A DNA stretch of 64,000 nt from NCBI RefSeq assembly GCF_009914755.1, contig NC_060934.1, one strand, 5' to 3'. Within the stretch, counting starts at the first letter, position 1. Every line of letters starts with the position of its first letter. A program made the translations under genes and the position numbers. The notes beneath the pieces are model-generated. The model was not told the origin of the DNA, made no database searches, and saw only the letters and a program-made list of their open reading frames with translations. Positions 29,071-44,210 of this stretch are shown here, piece after piece. Source of the stretch: the human T2T-CHM13v2.0 reference genome, Homo sapiens.

Positions 29071-30013
29071 ATGGCAAGCAAAAGGGGAAGGAAGGAGCAC
29101 CTTTTTACCATCAAGTTGAGATGAAGGTCAAGGTTCCCCATTAGGCCTCCCTTGCCACACAAAAAGTAAATACTCTGGGTTTTCAAGGTAAAGTAATGAA
29201 TGCCAAGAAAGACTCAAATTTTATTTATGTACTAATCATAAAGATGAACTATATTATTTAGATAATCAGAAAAAATAGACAACTTAAGGTTGAGTGAAGG
29301 AAACCAAAACTGTGGTTCTACTATCTTCAACTCTCATTGCTAATTGTATTCATGAGATAAAAATCATGACTAAGTAAACTAGGACAATCATGTTTTACCC
29401 CATTTTAAACAATATATCCAATTACTGGATGGGAGTCATATTGGTGGCAATCTTTATTTTGGTTAAGTTGCTTTGTTATCTAATGGGGTTTCATAAGAGA
29501 TTTATTTCACAAAATATAAATGTTTAACAGACCACCCTTTGGGGCACAGGAATAACCAAAATAATCCCCTTCCAAAATGCTTTTTCTTTTGAAGCTATTG
29601 ATCTTCTTGTATACATCTAGGGTTGTGAAATGAAATGGATGGTAATTAAAGAAAATGTCTAGCTGACACATAGTTGTCACATTTTTTCTTATTTATACTT
29701 TATCTATATCCAGCTCTGTGTATGAATGGATTAATACTAGCCATTATTTGTTGTGCCAATAAGCAGTGGCAATTTTGTGGTGGTGATACTATCACAGTGG
29801 GCTAAAGAAGGACATCAGGTTTGGGGTTTGCTTTTTGTTTCTTTCTTTCTTTTTTTCCTTTATCTTATAGGGTTTCTTTTTCTCTTTTTTTCTCTTACCT
29901 AAAGCTGGTCCTCCATTGAAAATGACTTCTTTTACCTTTCATTTATATTCACTGAAATGATACTTGACCTATTTTTTTTTCAAAATTATACTAACATTTA
30001 TAACAATTATCTA

Positions 30014-30262
30014 GAGAAACAATATGGTATGATAGTTATATGCATAGCTCTGATTTCAGAGTGCCTATCTTTGAATACCTACAATCACACAATGGATCCA
30101 TATAGTAATGATTAAAATGTTCTCTGCCTGAGTTTCATCTTTCATAAAATAAAAATAATAATAGTGTCTTACTTGTATGCTTCTCATGATAATTAAATTG
30201 CTAATAGATATATGTCACCAGAATACTATGCCTTCAGTAAATGCTAACAATTATTATTATTA
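30014..30262 (+). mobile_element. MIR SINE
   Basis: 'tctctgcctgagtttcatctttcataaaataaaaataataatagt...gtaaatgctaacaattattatt'. Confidence 0.65.
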
Positions 30263-31742
30263 TATTAGAAAAGTTCCTTCTTCATGTCACTGACCTGCTG
30301 TTAACCTGTAGTGTCTTTTGTGTAGCTCACACACAGTTCTCTGTACAGCCATTGTGAGCAGCTGTATTATATTCATTTCATTAACTGTATTTGTTCAAAT
30401 TGTTGCAGGGCTCCTACTAACCTATGTAACCCTCAGAGCTCCAAACAATATTGTCTTATCATTATCTTTCTACCTTTTTAAATTCCCTTGACTTTATCTT
30501 AATTTTCTTTTTGTCTGCTCTAACCTGTACTGTTGTTATTAGATTATTTAAAACATTTTTTCTTCAAGAAAGCCTTCCCAATTTATCAGTATCCTACTCA
30601 GAACTGTTTTAACTCAGGCCCTCTTACGATTAGTTGATATACATTTATTTATAATGAGTGGTATATTTTAATTCATTTTCTCTGGTTTTATTTTTTTTAA
30701 CTAAGAATGTCATTGAAAAAAAGATATTTATTCCTTCCATATTTTCCTATAAACTCAAAAGCCTATTAAAATGTTAACTATATAGAAAATACATAATACA
30801 TGCTGGTGACAAATTTATTTATCATAAAAATATCTTAGTATCTTTATATGTGGATGATATTGACAAAAATTTTCCCTTTAGTGATACTATAATTGACTTT
30901 TAAAAGGTCTTGTTATTTATTAACGTGTCTAAGGGCTTTCCGATAATAACTGAGAAAAATAGGTCATTGAACCTTGAGAGTTTCACAGGCTTATTCTACT
31001 TCTGAGGTGAGATGAGAAGCCATAGACAGACTATCTCTCAACTATGATAGTAATCATAATTGAGCTCAGAATTAAAAGTGGGATTTTGCTTTACTAGGTC
31101 TTAAGCTTATTATCCTTTATTACCCATTATTTCACACTTTGCAAATGACTGGGCATTTTGCCAGCGATCACAATGAATAAAATGTGGCTTCAGCAGCCTA
31201 TTATTGTGCTCAATGTCTTTGCAAGTTGCTGGCAAACATGATTTTATTTTAGATACTGTTATATGAAGTACTTTTAAAAAATTTATAGTTTGCCAATTTA
31301 TTCATAAATTTCTTAATATCTCATTTTCATTATTAACACATTTACATACAGTGCTTCACACTTATCTATAAAATAGTGAATTCTACATCAAAAGTATTTA
31401 ACAAGGGCACTGGTGGATAAAGTGACTATACTTCCAAAGCAAAAGTCATCCCTTTTTAATTTATCAGTTTAGATGGAGAATGTTTAATGTTACTTGTAAA
31501 TAATGGACTAACAAAAATCCACTAACCCTACCTTTTGGATTTTTATATGCAAAATAGAGTTGTGTTAGACTGTCTTGAAATTGACTGACCTGCTCTATAT
31601 AAAGGCATGAGGTGATCAGGAATACTACATTCTAAGGATACGGGAGTTTTGAAAATTCCCCCATGCAATATGAATGCGGAATGCAGGTGTACTTGTTTTT
31701 ATATATACTCTATTCAAGTATACACATTTATTAACTACTTTC

Positions 31743-32168
31743 TGTGTTAGTCTGCCACAGTATCATGAATGCTGGGAGAAGATACAGGACCCCTGGTTCA
31801 TGGACAAGGACTTTATTTCTCAAGGCACAGCAAGGGGCATGAGTCCCTCATTCTTATTGTTCCTTTTACCCCAAAAGTCTAACAAGACAAAGTAGAGGGA
31901 CCTGGGTAGATACTACACACAGTGGATTTACACAGAGCTGAGTTACTCTAGGCTGAAGGAGCCCAATCATTTTGTCATGAGATATAAGCAAACCTGCCCA
32001 GGATTTGCCTTGGAGGGAGACATCTTTATTATCAATAGGTAAGAAAATCTATTCTTGCTTTAGTCTTTCATAGCTGTTCTCTATACAAAGATCCTTTAAA
32101 AGAGAGCCTAGTGCAGAACAACAGTTGTGCAGAAATGCAAAAGACACTTGGAGGACTGTCTCCTAACA
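31743..32168 (-). mobile_element. ERVL-class solo LTR (LTR47-like), within a degenerate L2
   Basis: TG...CA termini; reverse-strand start 'tgttaggagacagtcctccaagtgtcttttgcatttctgcac' resembles the LTR47 5' end. Confidence 0.6.
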
Positions 32169-32920
32169 CCTATCAAGTGCAGAGTACTACACTAGGTATC
32201 AGGGAAAGAAAGATGAAATTATTTGGCTCATGGAAATTAGCAGCTCACTTAAAAGAAGCATGAGTGGAAAGTTAGTTATGGTAACGCAGGAGAGGAAGTG
32301 TTACCATAATGTTTAAAACAGGGAGACATTTAGTCAAGTCTAGGAGGTCAGGGAATACTTTTCAAAGTTAATACCTGATAAGAGTTTTGATGTAAAATTT
32401 CTCAAAACGCTTCTACGTACATGTGTCTTTCTTACTTTCTTAAGAGTTCTGGGTTATACAAAAGTCAAGAATTTCAGGGCTTTGTATTAAAAATTGCTCA
32501 ACATATATTTCTAAGATTTATTTGCTACCAGTATCCTCCTTTAGCTAAAATTTCTTAAGGTTTCAAGATTATATAAAGATAATGAAAACTAATCTGAATT
32601 AGAGTTTTTGCTTAACTAGTAGGATCTTGGAAATTATCTTGAAGAATATAAGAAGATTTTGATAATAATTTTATTTGCAAACTCTTGCCCATAACAATAA
32701 TGTTTTATAATTTTATCTCCTTCTACTCTCACTTGAATATACAATGTTCAACTTAAACCACTTATAAAAGAAGCAGGAATATAAGAACATTTAGCCTTTG
32801 GGGAATCTTATTTCCTATCTTGTTGCCTATGGCCTCCAAAGAGGAATTTGTAGATCCCTATTTCCCCGCAAGATGATCTATTATGGTGGATTATAACTTC
32901 TATGTCTCATTTTATCTCAT

Positions 32921-33067
32921 AATGGATAAAGAAAACGTGGCACATATACACTGTGGAATACTATGCAGCCATAAAAAAGGATGAGTTCATGTCCTTTGCA
33001 GAGACATGGATGAAGCTGGAATCCATCATTCTCAGCAAACTAACACAGGAACAGAAAACCAAACACC
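32921..33067 (+). mobile_element. Isolated 147-bp internal L1PA fragment (ORF2 end), no poly(A)
   Basis: 'tggataaagaaaacgtggcacatatacac...ctcagcaaactaacacaggaacagaaaaccaaacacc', then abrupt return to non-L1 sequence. Confidence 0.92.
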
Positions 33068-34019
33068 TCCCAAATTAAATGCTTTCCTGATCAAAGAACA
33101 CATATCACTCCTTTATCCATCCATCATCATTTAACTACAAATGCCACTGTACACGTCTCTGAGCTCTTTCCCTCATGATGGAAGAAAAATGACATGAACA
33201 ATTAGAAAATACCACCTGCTCAGTGCTTAATGCAGAGAAAAAAAAATGGATGTAGAGTTTGAAATTTGAAATTAAAAATCAATTAGCCTATGCTTAGTAC
33301 GTTACTTATACTACCAACCATGGAAGATTTAAGGTACTGAAGGTGTGAAATAGAATATTGCACTATGGATGGCTGTTTTCTCTTTGGAAATTTCTGTCTA
33401 AAGGCTGTCAAGCAAGGAGTGTGACTCATAAGGCTACTGTAGGCCTGTCTCTATATTCAACACTTGCTGTTTGGAGCATGATAACAACAGTTGTTATAAG
33501 TGAATATATGAAGTCGACAAGACAGTACATCAGATGGTCCAAAGGTGGCCTGTTGAAGCTTCATTTGTGGCTGAAAGTTTCCCCGATGTAAAAAAATGAA
33601 GGAAAAGATGGTTTTCAGCAGGCTTATTTGATGCCAAAGCTCAAAACCCGGAGAATTTTTATTTATCTCTAAAAATAAAAGAGAAGACCACAAATTATAT
33701 TGCCTCATACTTGTATTTTTGAGCAAACCCAATCGTGGTAGAAAAAGAGGCAGAGAACTGAAAGAGGACAGATGACTCAATATTGAACTAATATTTGTTC
33801 TAACTATTCTCTATCATTTAGCATCCCACCAAGAATACAAGTGACGTCTCTTCTTCAAAATTTCTCATCTTAGGTTCATTTGTAATCCATTTTCTTCTTG
33901 ATGGTTTTTTCTTTTAGGTTTTTTTTTCAGTTGAAGAAGTAATATTCATCAGATTACATTCATATTAATAGTAGTTTTTTATTTCAATAGAACATAGGAT
34001 GAAAATTTTGACTATAACA

Positions 34020-34145
34020 ATAAATATATATTATATAATATGTATAAATATAATATATGTAATATATATAAATAATATAAATATATATAAATATAATATA
34101 TATAATTATCTATAAATATATATACTTATAGATATTAAATAATAT
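34020..34145. repeat. TA-rich low-complexity tract
   Basis: Almost entirely degenerate (TA)n. Confidence 0.9.
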
Positions 34146-34414
34146 AACAGTTGAGAGTATACAAGTTCAATATTTTAGGGAAATACAATGTCAGATTCTA
34201 TCAAGCTCTATTCTCAAACTAAAATAATAGCAGTTTGCTTTCAGATATTTTGAATATTATTGTGACATTTCTCCCTTATACCTTTCTGGGACCTTGGATA
34301 TAGGAACCATGTGAGGGTAAATAGTCTATGTCTTCATTTTTGGGACAGGGGTGATATACTACAGTTCCACAGGGGCTGAGCCAGGTTTCAACGGTGAGAT
34401 AGAGAGCTGATGGT

Positions 34415-34655
34415 AAAAATAACAATTAGAGCAAAGGCCAAAATATATGGAATATTTATTACGTGTCAGATTCTAGCACAATATTTCTTCAGATCTATGA
34501 AGATCTTAATCTTATATAGTAAATGGTTTTATTATAGCCACTTTACAAAATAGAAACACTAACATAAAAAAGTTAAATCATCTGTTTAAATTAACTTGGA
34601 TTATGAACCCAATTAGCTGTGTCCTTAGAACAGAAGCTGTTAGCACTACACTGAA
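34415..34655 (-). mobile_element. MIR SINE (degenerate)
   Basis: 'atttattacgtgtcag...ttattatagccactttacaaaatagaaacactaacataaaaagttaaatcat'. Confidence 0.5.
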
Positions 34656-36928
34656 CTATACCACACTTGCAAGCTTTCAGAGGAAGATTCCCTAAGAGAA
34701 AATGGTATCTATGACTCAGTATTTCTTCTCATACCCTCAGTGACTTACAGTATTTATTTGCTAAATGCCAAAGCAGATAGTCCAATAGGAAATACGTAGC
34801 TAAATGGCCTGGGAAGAGAAGGGAATGCCAAATAACAGGCAAAATAGAATCTGACACCCTAGGTCTCAGCAAGTGTTTTTGAATGGACAATAAAGAAAGT
34901 GACTAGAATGTAACCTCTGAAAAAATGTTGTGAAGCACCAATGGCCTTGAAAAAATCTAGGGAGCTGATGTAAAGGACATCCAGTTCATACTGACAATTG
35001 TTGAACAAATTACTTGTTGGAGATGGAGTTGCAGACACAATAAATACTTATCACTACTTTAAAATATGTTTTTTTGTACTCAGGAGAAGAGTCTGGAAGT
35101 GTGGTTTCAGAATGAGCTTATCAAAGAGTAAGAAGAGGATTAGGGCATAACTTTTAAAATAATAATGATAGCCTAGTGTGATTTATTTACCTTTTAGTAA
35201 ATCAAGTTCTCAGAAAACTGAAATAAAAAAATCTTAACATTACATATGCAGGACTTAATCTGAATAATTATAAATTTTCATAAACATAATCTACATACCA
35301 CACCATAGTAGCTGTGATATAGTAAATTAATAAGCTTTCTGTACTATGGTGTAGCTCTTTAATTCTAAGAGTAAAAAAGGTTCCATTATGTCACAGGACA
35401 TCTATCTGGATGGTTAAAAAAATCCAATCACATATAACTGAAGAAAATATAGGTATTTTAGTGGAATAAGAATGTGATAAATGAAAACAGAAAAATAATT
35501 AAATATCTTCAATATTACTTAAATAAATATAACTAACAAAGATGTATCATGGAAGAGAGGGTAGTTCTGTAAAAACACATAAAATAACTTTCTAAGATGA
35601 AAATTTTACATATGTAAAAGCATTTGTCAAAGTAATAATAATTCCATTCATGCATTTGTTCATGTAAAACCAATAACTTACTTGTGATGTCACAGAAAAA
35701 ATTCAATCAATCATCAAATGGAAAAGGAAATTTTAATAGGTAAGAAACTAGTGGCCTTTAAGCTGATAATGTGTTTGTTTGAATAAAAAATATTATTACT
35801 TTAAAATAATCAACTTAGCAAAATACATAAAAAAGAACATGTCACATGAACATCTTAATTTTTGGTATGTGTTGAAACATCAGGACATCTACTCATATTC
35901 TTCATCAACAGAGTCATACGTCTTAGTAGATGCTGCCATGTTTAGGCAGGTTGTCTTCTCTAATTATCCTCAGTCCCCACCATTCCATAGTGTCCCCAGT
36001 AGAGATATTACTGACATTTGTCATTTATTGCCATAATTTAGCTGTTGTTTTTCACAGTCAGCTTGCCTTCATTTTAATTTTTATATACCATGTAGGCATC
36101 TCAGTGTTTCACTCTTGCTGTGAGACAGCCATAGATCCCTTCTGACCTAGAGTTTTTTATTCTCTTTTTCAAAATTATTTTCCCTAAAAGAACAGAGCCT
36201 ATAAGCCTCCAAATAGTGCATTTAAACTCAATCACATCTAGAAAACAATGCTAAACTATTCAGAAAGAATGAAGAGAATAAATGAATTCTCCAAACCCAG
36301 AGCTAATGAGTGCCAGCTCTGAAAATAAAATTCTTGATTCTTGACATCTGGCCTAGTGTGCCTAGGAAGTATAATCAGTTACTCTGATCAGTTATTTTAA
36401 TAATTGAAGTAAACTACTTAACAGTTAAACATTATATATGAAAAATACTTAAATTAGCTTAGATATAATCAAATAATTTCAGTTTTTAATTCCAAATAAT
36501 GAAGTGTTTGGTTGTAGGGTATTAGATCTTTCATGGAAGAAAGTAGTCCCATAAGTCTAAGTACAAATTTCAAATGTAAAATAAAACTGATCAAGCCAGG
36601 GACCAGGTTTGGCAAAAAGTATTACATGATATGACTTGTAAAATGTCAATTATTGTGAGCAATTTTAATAAGACCTCATCAGAGCACATTGCATGTTCTC
36701 GTAAAGGGGAAAAGTAGTAAATATCAGCATGTATTGAAAACTTTATACCCACTATACATCAGGCTTTCATTTTACCATTTAATTTTCATGGACATGGTCG
36801 GGATAGGGTATTGTTATCATCCCTATTCTTTAGTGAGAACTGAGATTTACAAAACAATAAGTAAATTTTCCAAAATTAATTACTAATAATTTGTACACAG
36901 ACCATTTCCAAATTCATGAGGTAATTGC

Positions 36929-37284
36929 TGTTTTAGTTACTTTGGGCCATTAAAACAAATTACAGTAGACAGGGTGATTAATCAGAAAACGCTTGTTCTC
37001 ACAGTTCTGGAGGCTGGAACATTTAAGATAAAGGTGCTTGCACATCCAGTGACTGATGAGGGCCTATTTCTTTGCTTGCACATGGCCATTTTCTCATTAT
37101 ATACTGACATGGCAGAGACTGAGAGAGAGAAAGAGATTATCTCTTTGGTGTCTCTTCCTATAAGAGTATTAATCTCATTCACCAACTAATTACCCCCCAA
37201 GGGCCCACCACTGAATACTATCACATTGGGGAGTAGGGTTTCACCATATGAATTTTGAAGGTACATAAACATTCAGTTTTAGCA
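36929..37284 (-). mobile_element. MaLR solo LTR (MLT1A/MSTD-like) with perfect 5-bp TSD
   Basis: 'ttctcacagttctggaggctgg...tttcaccatatgaattttg...cattcagttttagca'; TSD attgc at 36924-36928 and 37285-37289. Confidence 0.9.
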
Positions 37285-38456
37285 ATTGCCAACAGTATTA
37301 CTCTTACACAACCATTTTTCTCACTTAAATATTTTCAATCAATTATTTAATAAATGGAAGCAGTGGCATTACTTTGGTATAACCATAAGAATTTATCTAG
37401 GAGATAGGTATGTGTGTGTGTGTATGCTTTTCGTGGGGGAGAAGTTTGTGAAATAGAAGCAGTGGATTGAGAATCTGGATAATAAGAAAATATTCTATTG
37501 ATGCTGGTGATTTTAACGTAACACAGGAGTTGCCTGTCCACTGATTCAATCAGCAGGTATTTCAGTATGAGGCATACTTGGTGACTAAGCTTTCATGTGG
37601 TAATCTGAGGTTAATATTTACGTAGAATTAGAGTTATAACTCACATAAATTCACACAGAAACATTTTTACATTGCCTACTGAATTTTATACATATATCCA
37701 AGAAATGAAGTATATGGTGTCCACCTTTCTCCAGGGATTTATAGGATAATTAGACAAACTCTTCCAACAATTATAAAAATAAGAACTGAAATAACAAATG
37801 TATATTCTGAATTATAGAAAGCATTCAAAATAACAAAAAGCTTATATCTTTGATCCCAGTAACCTATTTTAATTTTCTTTTTAAAATAAAAGTTTTAGAG
37901 GCAAAAAAAAGCCATAACTAAACCAAGTACAGATAAAGGAAATAGGAATGAGAAACAGTGTATGTGTTTGTGTATGTGTGGGCATGCCTATAGGTATAGT
38001 TGCGTGTGAATTTAAGTGAACACATTTACTAATTGAATAAAATCCAGTGTTTTATGTGTATATTCATGTTTGTGTTGTGTTTTGGAGTTGTTATTCAGCT
38101 TTTACAGAATATTCAAATAGAAAACCAAATAGGATTGTCACCTATATTGCATAAATAACCAGAGAAAAGTCACTCAAATGGCCATAAAAGAAATGTTGAA
38201 AATAAATGCAAAAAGGATAATATTTAGGATAAGAATGCCCACATGTATTACAGTCCCCAAAAAGCAATTAAGCAGAAGAAATTGCTTTTAGAGCTTGGAA
38301 AGATTTAAATAGTTACCATTAAAGTTTGAGTTGGATGTTACTCCATGAAGAGAATATATCCTTAAACACTGCTGCCCTGTGCATCAGAATATACTCACTT
38401 TGTGGACAAAGACATAAAGGCTCCGATATTGGACCTGTTGCTGGTTAGGAATGTCA

Positions 38457-39794
<1,338 letters not shown>

Positions 39795-39889
39795 AATTCA
39801 CAGTTGTAAGCAACCTAAATTTAAAATATTTCTTAAGAAAAAGATTGAGACTTTATGTTTTAAATAATTGTGTTTTTATGACAGAATAC

Positions 39890-39891
<2 letters not shown>

Positions 39892-39923
<32 letters not shown>
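39892..39923 (+). repeat. (CA)n microsatellite, ~16 units
   Basis: Perfect ac repeats. Confidence 0.97.
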
Positions 39924-39925
<2 letters not shown>

Positions 39926-40267
39926 AAAACACACCAACAAACTAAAGAATGTTTTCTGTTATATATCAAATCATACTTTTATTAGTGTTGTTAATTTTAT
40001 TTTATTTCTCTCTGTGTGTTTTCCTCTCTCATCAATTTATCTATTACCTATCTCTTAATCCATCCATTCATCCTTCCATTCAATCTTCTATTACTTTTAA
40101 TATTTTTAAATAAACTGCCTTGTTGCTTTGATTTGTATTAATGTAGACTGGCAGAACATGAAATGACAGAAAGACTTTTATTTGCACGGAATCTTCTGAA
40201 ATCAGCTAATAATTCACTATGGATTCTATTTACTCAGATTAATAACTGTGCAGAAATGTCATTATCT

Positions 40268-40420
40268 GAAGAGCACAAATCTGGGGATAGACAGAATTTT
40301 AATCACGGACTCTGTCATTGACTGACTGTGTGATTTTGGTTGCTTAAATAATCCAGATTCTAGTCTCCTCAATTATAAAACAGGAATAATAATGGACTTA
40401 ACTTTATTATAGGTTAAGCA
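40268..40420 (+). mobile_element. MIR SINE
   Basis: 'tctgtcattgactgactgtgtgattttgg...agtctcctcaattataaaacaggaataataat'. Confidence 0.6.
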
Positions 40421-43015
40421 ACATAAATTGCTTTGGGTATTCAAAGAAGATAATTAATTGCCGTGGATTAGGAATCTGAAATAGAAGCTTGAATTCCCAG
40501 GAGTGAAACAAATTTAGGAATACTTGCATGACTATTGGAGAACCAGGCCACTTAACAGGTATACATATGCCCCTCTGACCACCTCCTAGATGTTTTCTGC
40601 CATGTCAGTAGCAGGCAGAGGAGCAGCTGGCTTAGTGTCTATATTGGTTACATGTGGCAGCTCAAACAATGTGATGTGAACTATGGAGGGAGACACTTCA
40701 CACTTAACATCTGTTCTTCAGATTCCCCAACAGGATGCCTCCAAATATGAAATGAAACTCATCAATAGCAAGCTGGGGAATGAGTCTAAATGGATGACAT
40801 TTTGGAATAACATATTTGACACTTGTGAGGTCCACCAGTTGTGGCTTAATCAAGAAAGCCAGCAGATATCTACAGTATTCATCTCTTAGGCAAACACATC
40901 TAAAAATAAACACATCCATTTGTCTTATTTTAAATCCATATTTTAACTTTCAAAATATTTCAATGGATATTTTGCAACACAATTATGCTAGTTTTTACAA
41001 TTTTCTCCCCTAGTGAGTAAAAGAACAAGAGAATACAAATTCCTTGGCATATCAGTTATTTAGTCATTTCAAATTTTGATATTCCCAGAAGTCGTAAGAT
41101 TCTTCTCTCACAGATGTGATCATAAAACACATTTGATTTACCACCTTTTAGTCTTCTGTTTTCTACAAATTAGCTCTCTTGTGCAAATGGAGAAATAGTA
41201 TATGTATTTGGTACTAAATTTCCCTCGTAATTGTCAGAACCTCACCACTTATTGTTTTGTAGGAACTGGGCTTTAAAAAAAATCAGACATTATGATAATT
41301 TTGATATTAACACTCTTCTGAAAGACTCAGTGAATGCACTAGTCATCTATATTCACTGAATAAAAGCAAAATAAGACAAACTTATTCCATAGTATAGTAC
41401 TTTAGGTTTGCTAATTTAAAAAAATCAGTTTACAAATATTATTTCTGAGAGACAATAGCTTTTCTCTAGGATACATCTACATACATACAACTGAAGAAAA
41501 TAGCTTTTATATTTACTTTATCTCTTGTAGGAGTTGTATAGCTATGTAAAGTATTGTAATGCAAGAGGTACATCATAAAAACTGCTTTGTTGTATGTTGT
41601 GTGCATGTGTATTTGTGCATTTACATATAGACAGTATACTCACTGTTGTTTAGTAGCACATTTTATGATGAATGATGGAACCAGTACAAATTAAGTGTGA
41701 ATTTGACTTATGAACTCTTCACATGCAGTACCTCATAAACATTACAAGTTAGAGAATGTAGGGACTTGAATCCACAAACCACAGATGTCAAGATAAATAC
41801 ATTATGTTTTGATTACTTGAAACTGCCTGTACAATTGAATTTACAGTTGTTTTTTAAAAAAGAAAATAGAACTGAGAAGAAGTGCTACAGCAATCATACT
41901 CTGCGATTTAAAAGAAAATAAATACCACTAGTTCATGCCCAGAAAAAAATAAAAAAATAAAACTATGGGAACTTTATTACCCTTATCTATATTCTCCCAC
42001 CTGCAAGAAAAAAAAAATGCCTCTCCTCACAATGAATAACACTAGGTAGAGGAAATATCTCTGCTTAGTTTTAGAAGAAAGAGAAAAAAATCATTGCAAA
42101 ACATTCATATGCAAATAAGAATCTGAAGGAAAAGGCAATGGGGAGGATAGGGCATGATTTCACCACTGGGAGGGAGATACAGCCTGGCAGGTGCATAGCT
42201 ACTTTTTCGTAGTTAGAGCCATCTACATAAAGGTAGAAACCAAAGGAAGTCTAAATCAGAAAAATGATCGTCAGTATGTTACATTTAATGTCAAAACATA
42301 CTTTGTAGAATATATGAACTGCAATCTCATTTTGAGAGCTAACCTAGAATTATGATTATATTTGGAAACCTGATTCTGTTTGCCTCATTTGGTCCATTTT
42401 GTTGTACATTAAGGCTTGAACATAAGGTTTGTGATATAAAGTTGTCTTTAAATAGGCTCCATGACATTTAAAGTTAACTGCTGGGAAATAACTTTTCAAA
42501 TTCATCATAGCCTTGCTTTGGGGAAATTAGTTTTGATTTGATGAGTAAATGGATCACTAAGGATCACTGAGGTGGGGAGTACTGATGGGAAGCAGTCATA
42601 GAAACCAGTAGTTAATATATGTCATGGGTAATAATATCAGGTATTTTGATGCTAGTGTCAATGAGATCCAGCATGCCAGTTAATTTCAAACAAAACAAAC
42701 AACAACAAACACTTTGATTGTGTTATACAACCTGCAGCCATTATTTTTTATTAGCTGTTATCTACCTACCTGTATCTTTATCCATTGATTATTTCATCAA
42801 TGTGTGTACGTGTGTGTGTGCATTTCAGAATGGAATGAGTGATGAAAATTATATTCTTTCATGCATAGATATTTGTAGAGGGCTTGCTGTATGCCAGACA
42901 TCAAGCAATTGTAATTGAGTAAAATAGTATTTAAAAACTACTCACTGCCTTCAAGGAGCACAGTGTCTAACTAGGGAACTCAGACAAGTAAATAGGCAAT
43001 TGCAGTGTAGGATAG

Positions 43016-43637
43016 TTCTGGGGATCAGAAAACAAAACCCACAAATGAAAGCCTCAGCAGCAGACTCAGAAACAAACGTTTTTCTCTGACCTTCTGTCCT
43101 CTTGTCTCTCAGTTCTAACTCCGATTAGGCTAGCCATAGAAACTAGAATCTCTCTTCCACAATGGTGGGTCATAGTAAACAGAATCTCTTTTCTTCAAAG
43201 CCAGCCATAAAACCTAAATATAATACCTAATTTTTCCTCTGCCTTATCTGTGTAAAAACTGGCCATAAACAAATTATGTGACTTACCTTGTTTGACTGAA
43301 CATCTTAAGAACCCCCCAATCCAAAGATGGTGCTGCCCCATACCCAGAAGAAGAAAAAATACATGCCTAGAAATGTCAAGAAAAATCTATACTGACAGGC
43401 TTTGCTGGGTTTCCCCACCCAGTCTATTAGCATTATTAGATCATATACCTTTCTGCCAATAGTATTTCTACACAGCTGTCCATACTTTGTTAACTTCCCC
43501 TCTATTTAGGGTCTGCATTTGGAAGGCTGCTGTGTGTATTCATTAAATGAATTTCTAAGCCTTTTTTCCTCCTAATCTGCCTTTTGCAACTAGATTTTTA
43601 GTAAAACCACAGTGGGACTAGGGCCTTGGCATCCACA
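43016..43637 (+). mobile_element. ERV1 solo LTR (MER39/LTR29-like) with 4-bp TSD, inserted in L2
   Basis: 'ttctggggatcagaaaacaaaacccacaaatgaaagcctcagcagcagactcagaa...ggcatccaca'; TSD atag at 43012-43015 and 43638-43641. Confidence 0.75.
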
Positions 43638-43899
43638 ATAGCAAATCTTATAATACAAGGTTAAGTACAGAATGAACTCACAATAAGGAACATAAAATTT
43701 GAGGAGCTTCATATAAATTATGGAATTAGCCAATTATTTCCCAATGAAAACAATAACATGCAGCACATAGTTTTCTGAAACAGAGACAATACCTTCTTAC
43801 CCATTAATTTTATCACTGATAAAATGATTAATTTTATCATTAATTTTAAATTGAAGCACAATGGTCATTACTTGCCCAAGCTTAAGAAGCTAATTATTA

Positions 43900-44210
<311 letters not shown>

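Noticed and set aside
32921-33067. Idea that this L1 fragment was copied from the L1PA at 39.08-39.23 kb (both read 'gaatccatc')
   Set aside because: They differ at many other positions, so a recent local copy is not supported
40683-40889. 68-aa ATG ORF in unique sequence with a possible splice acceptor
   Set aside because: Length expected by chance, no recognisable homology and no convincing donor site; a lncRNA exon cannot be excluded without expression data
41327-41359. Inverted repeat tcagtgaat...attcactga
   Set aside because: Only 9-bp arms; expected by chance in 64 kb of AT-rich DNA
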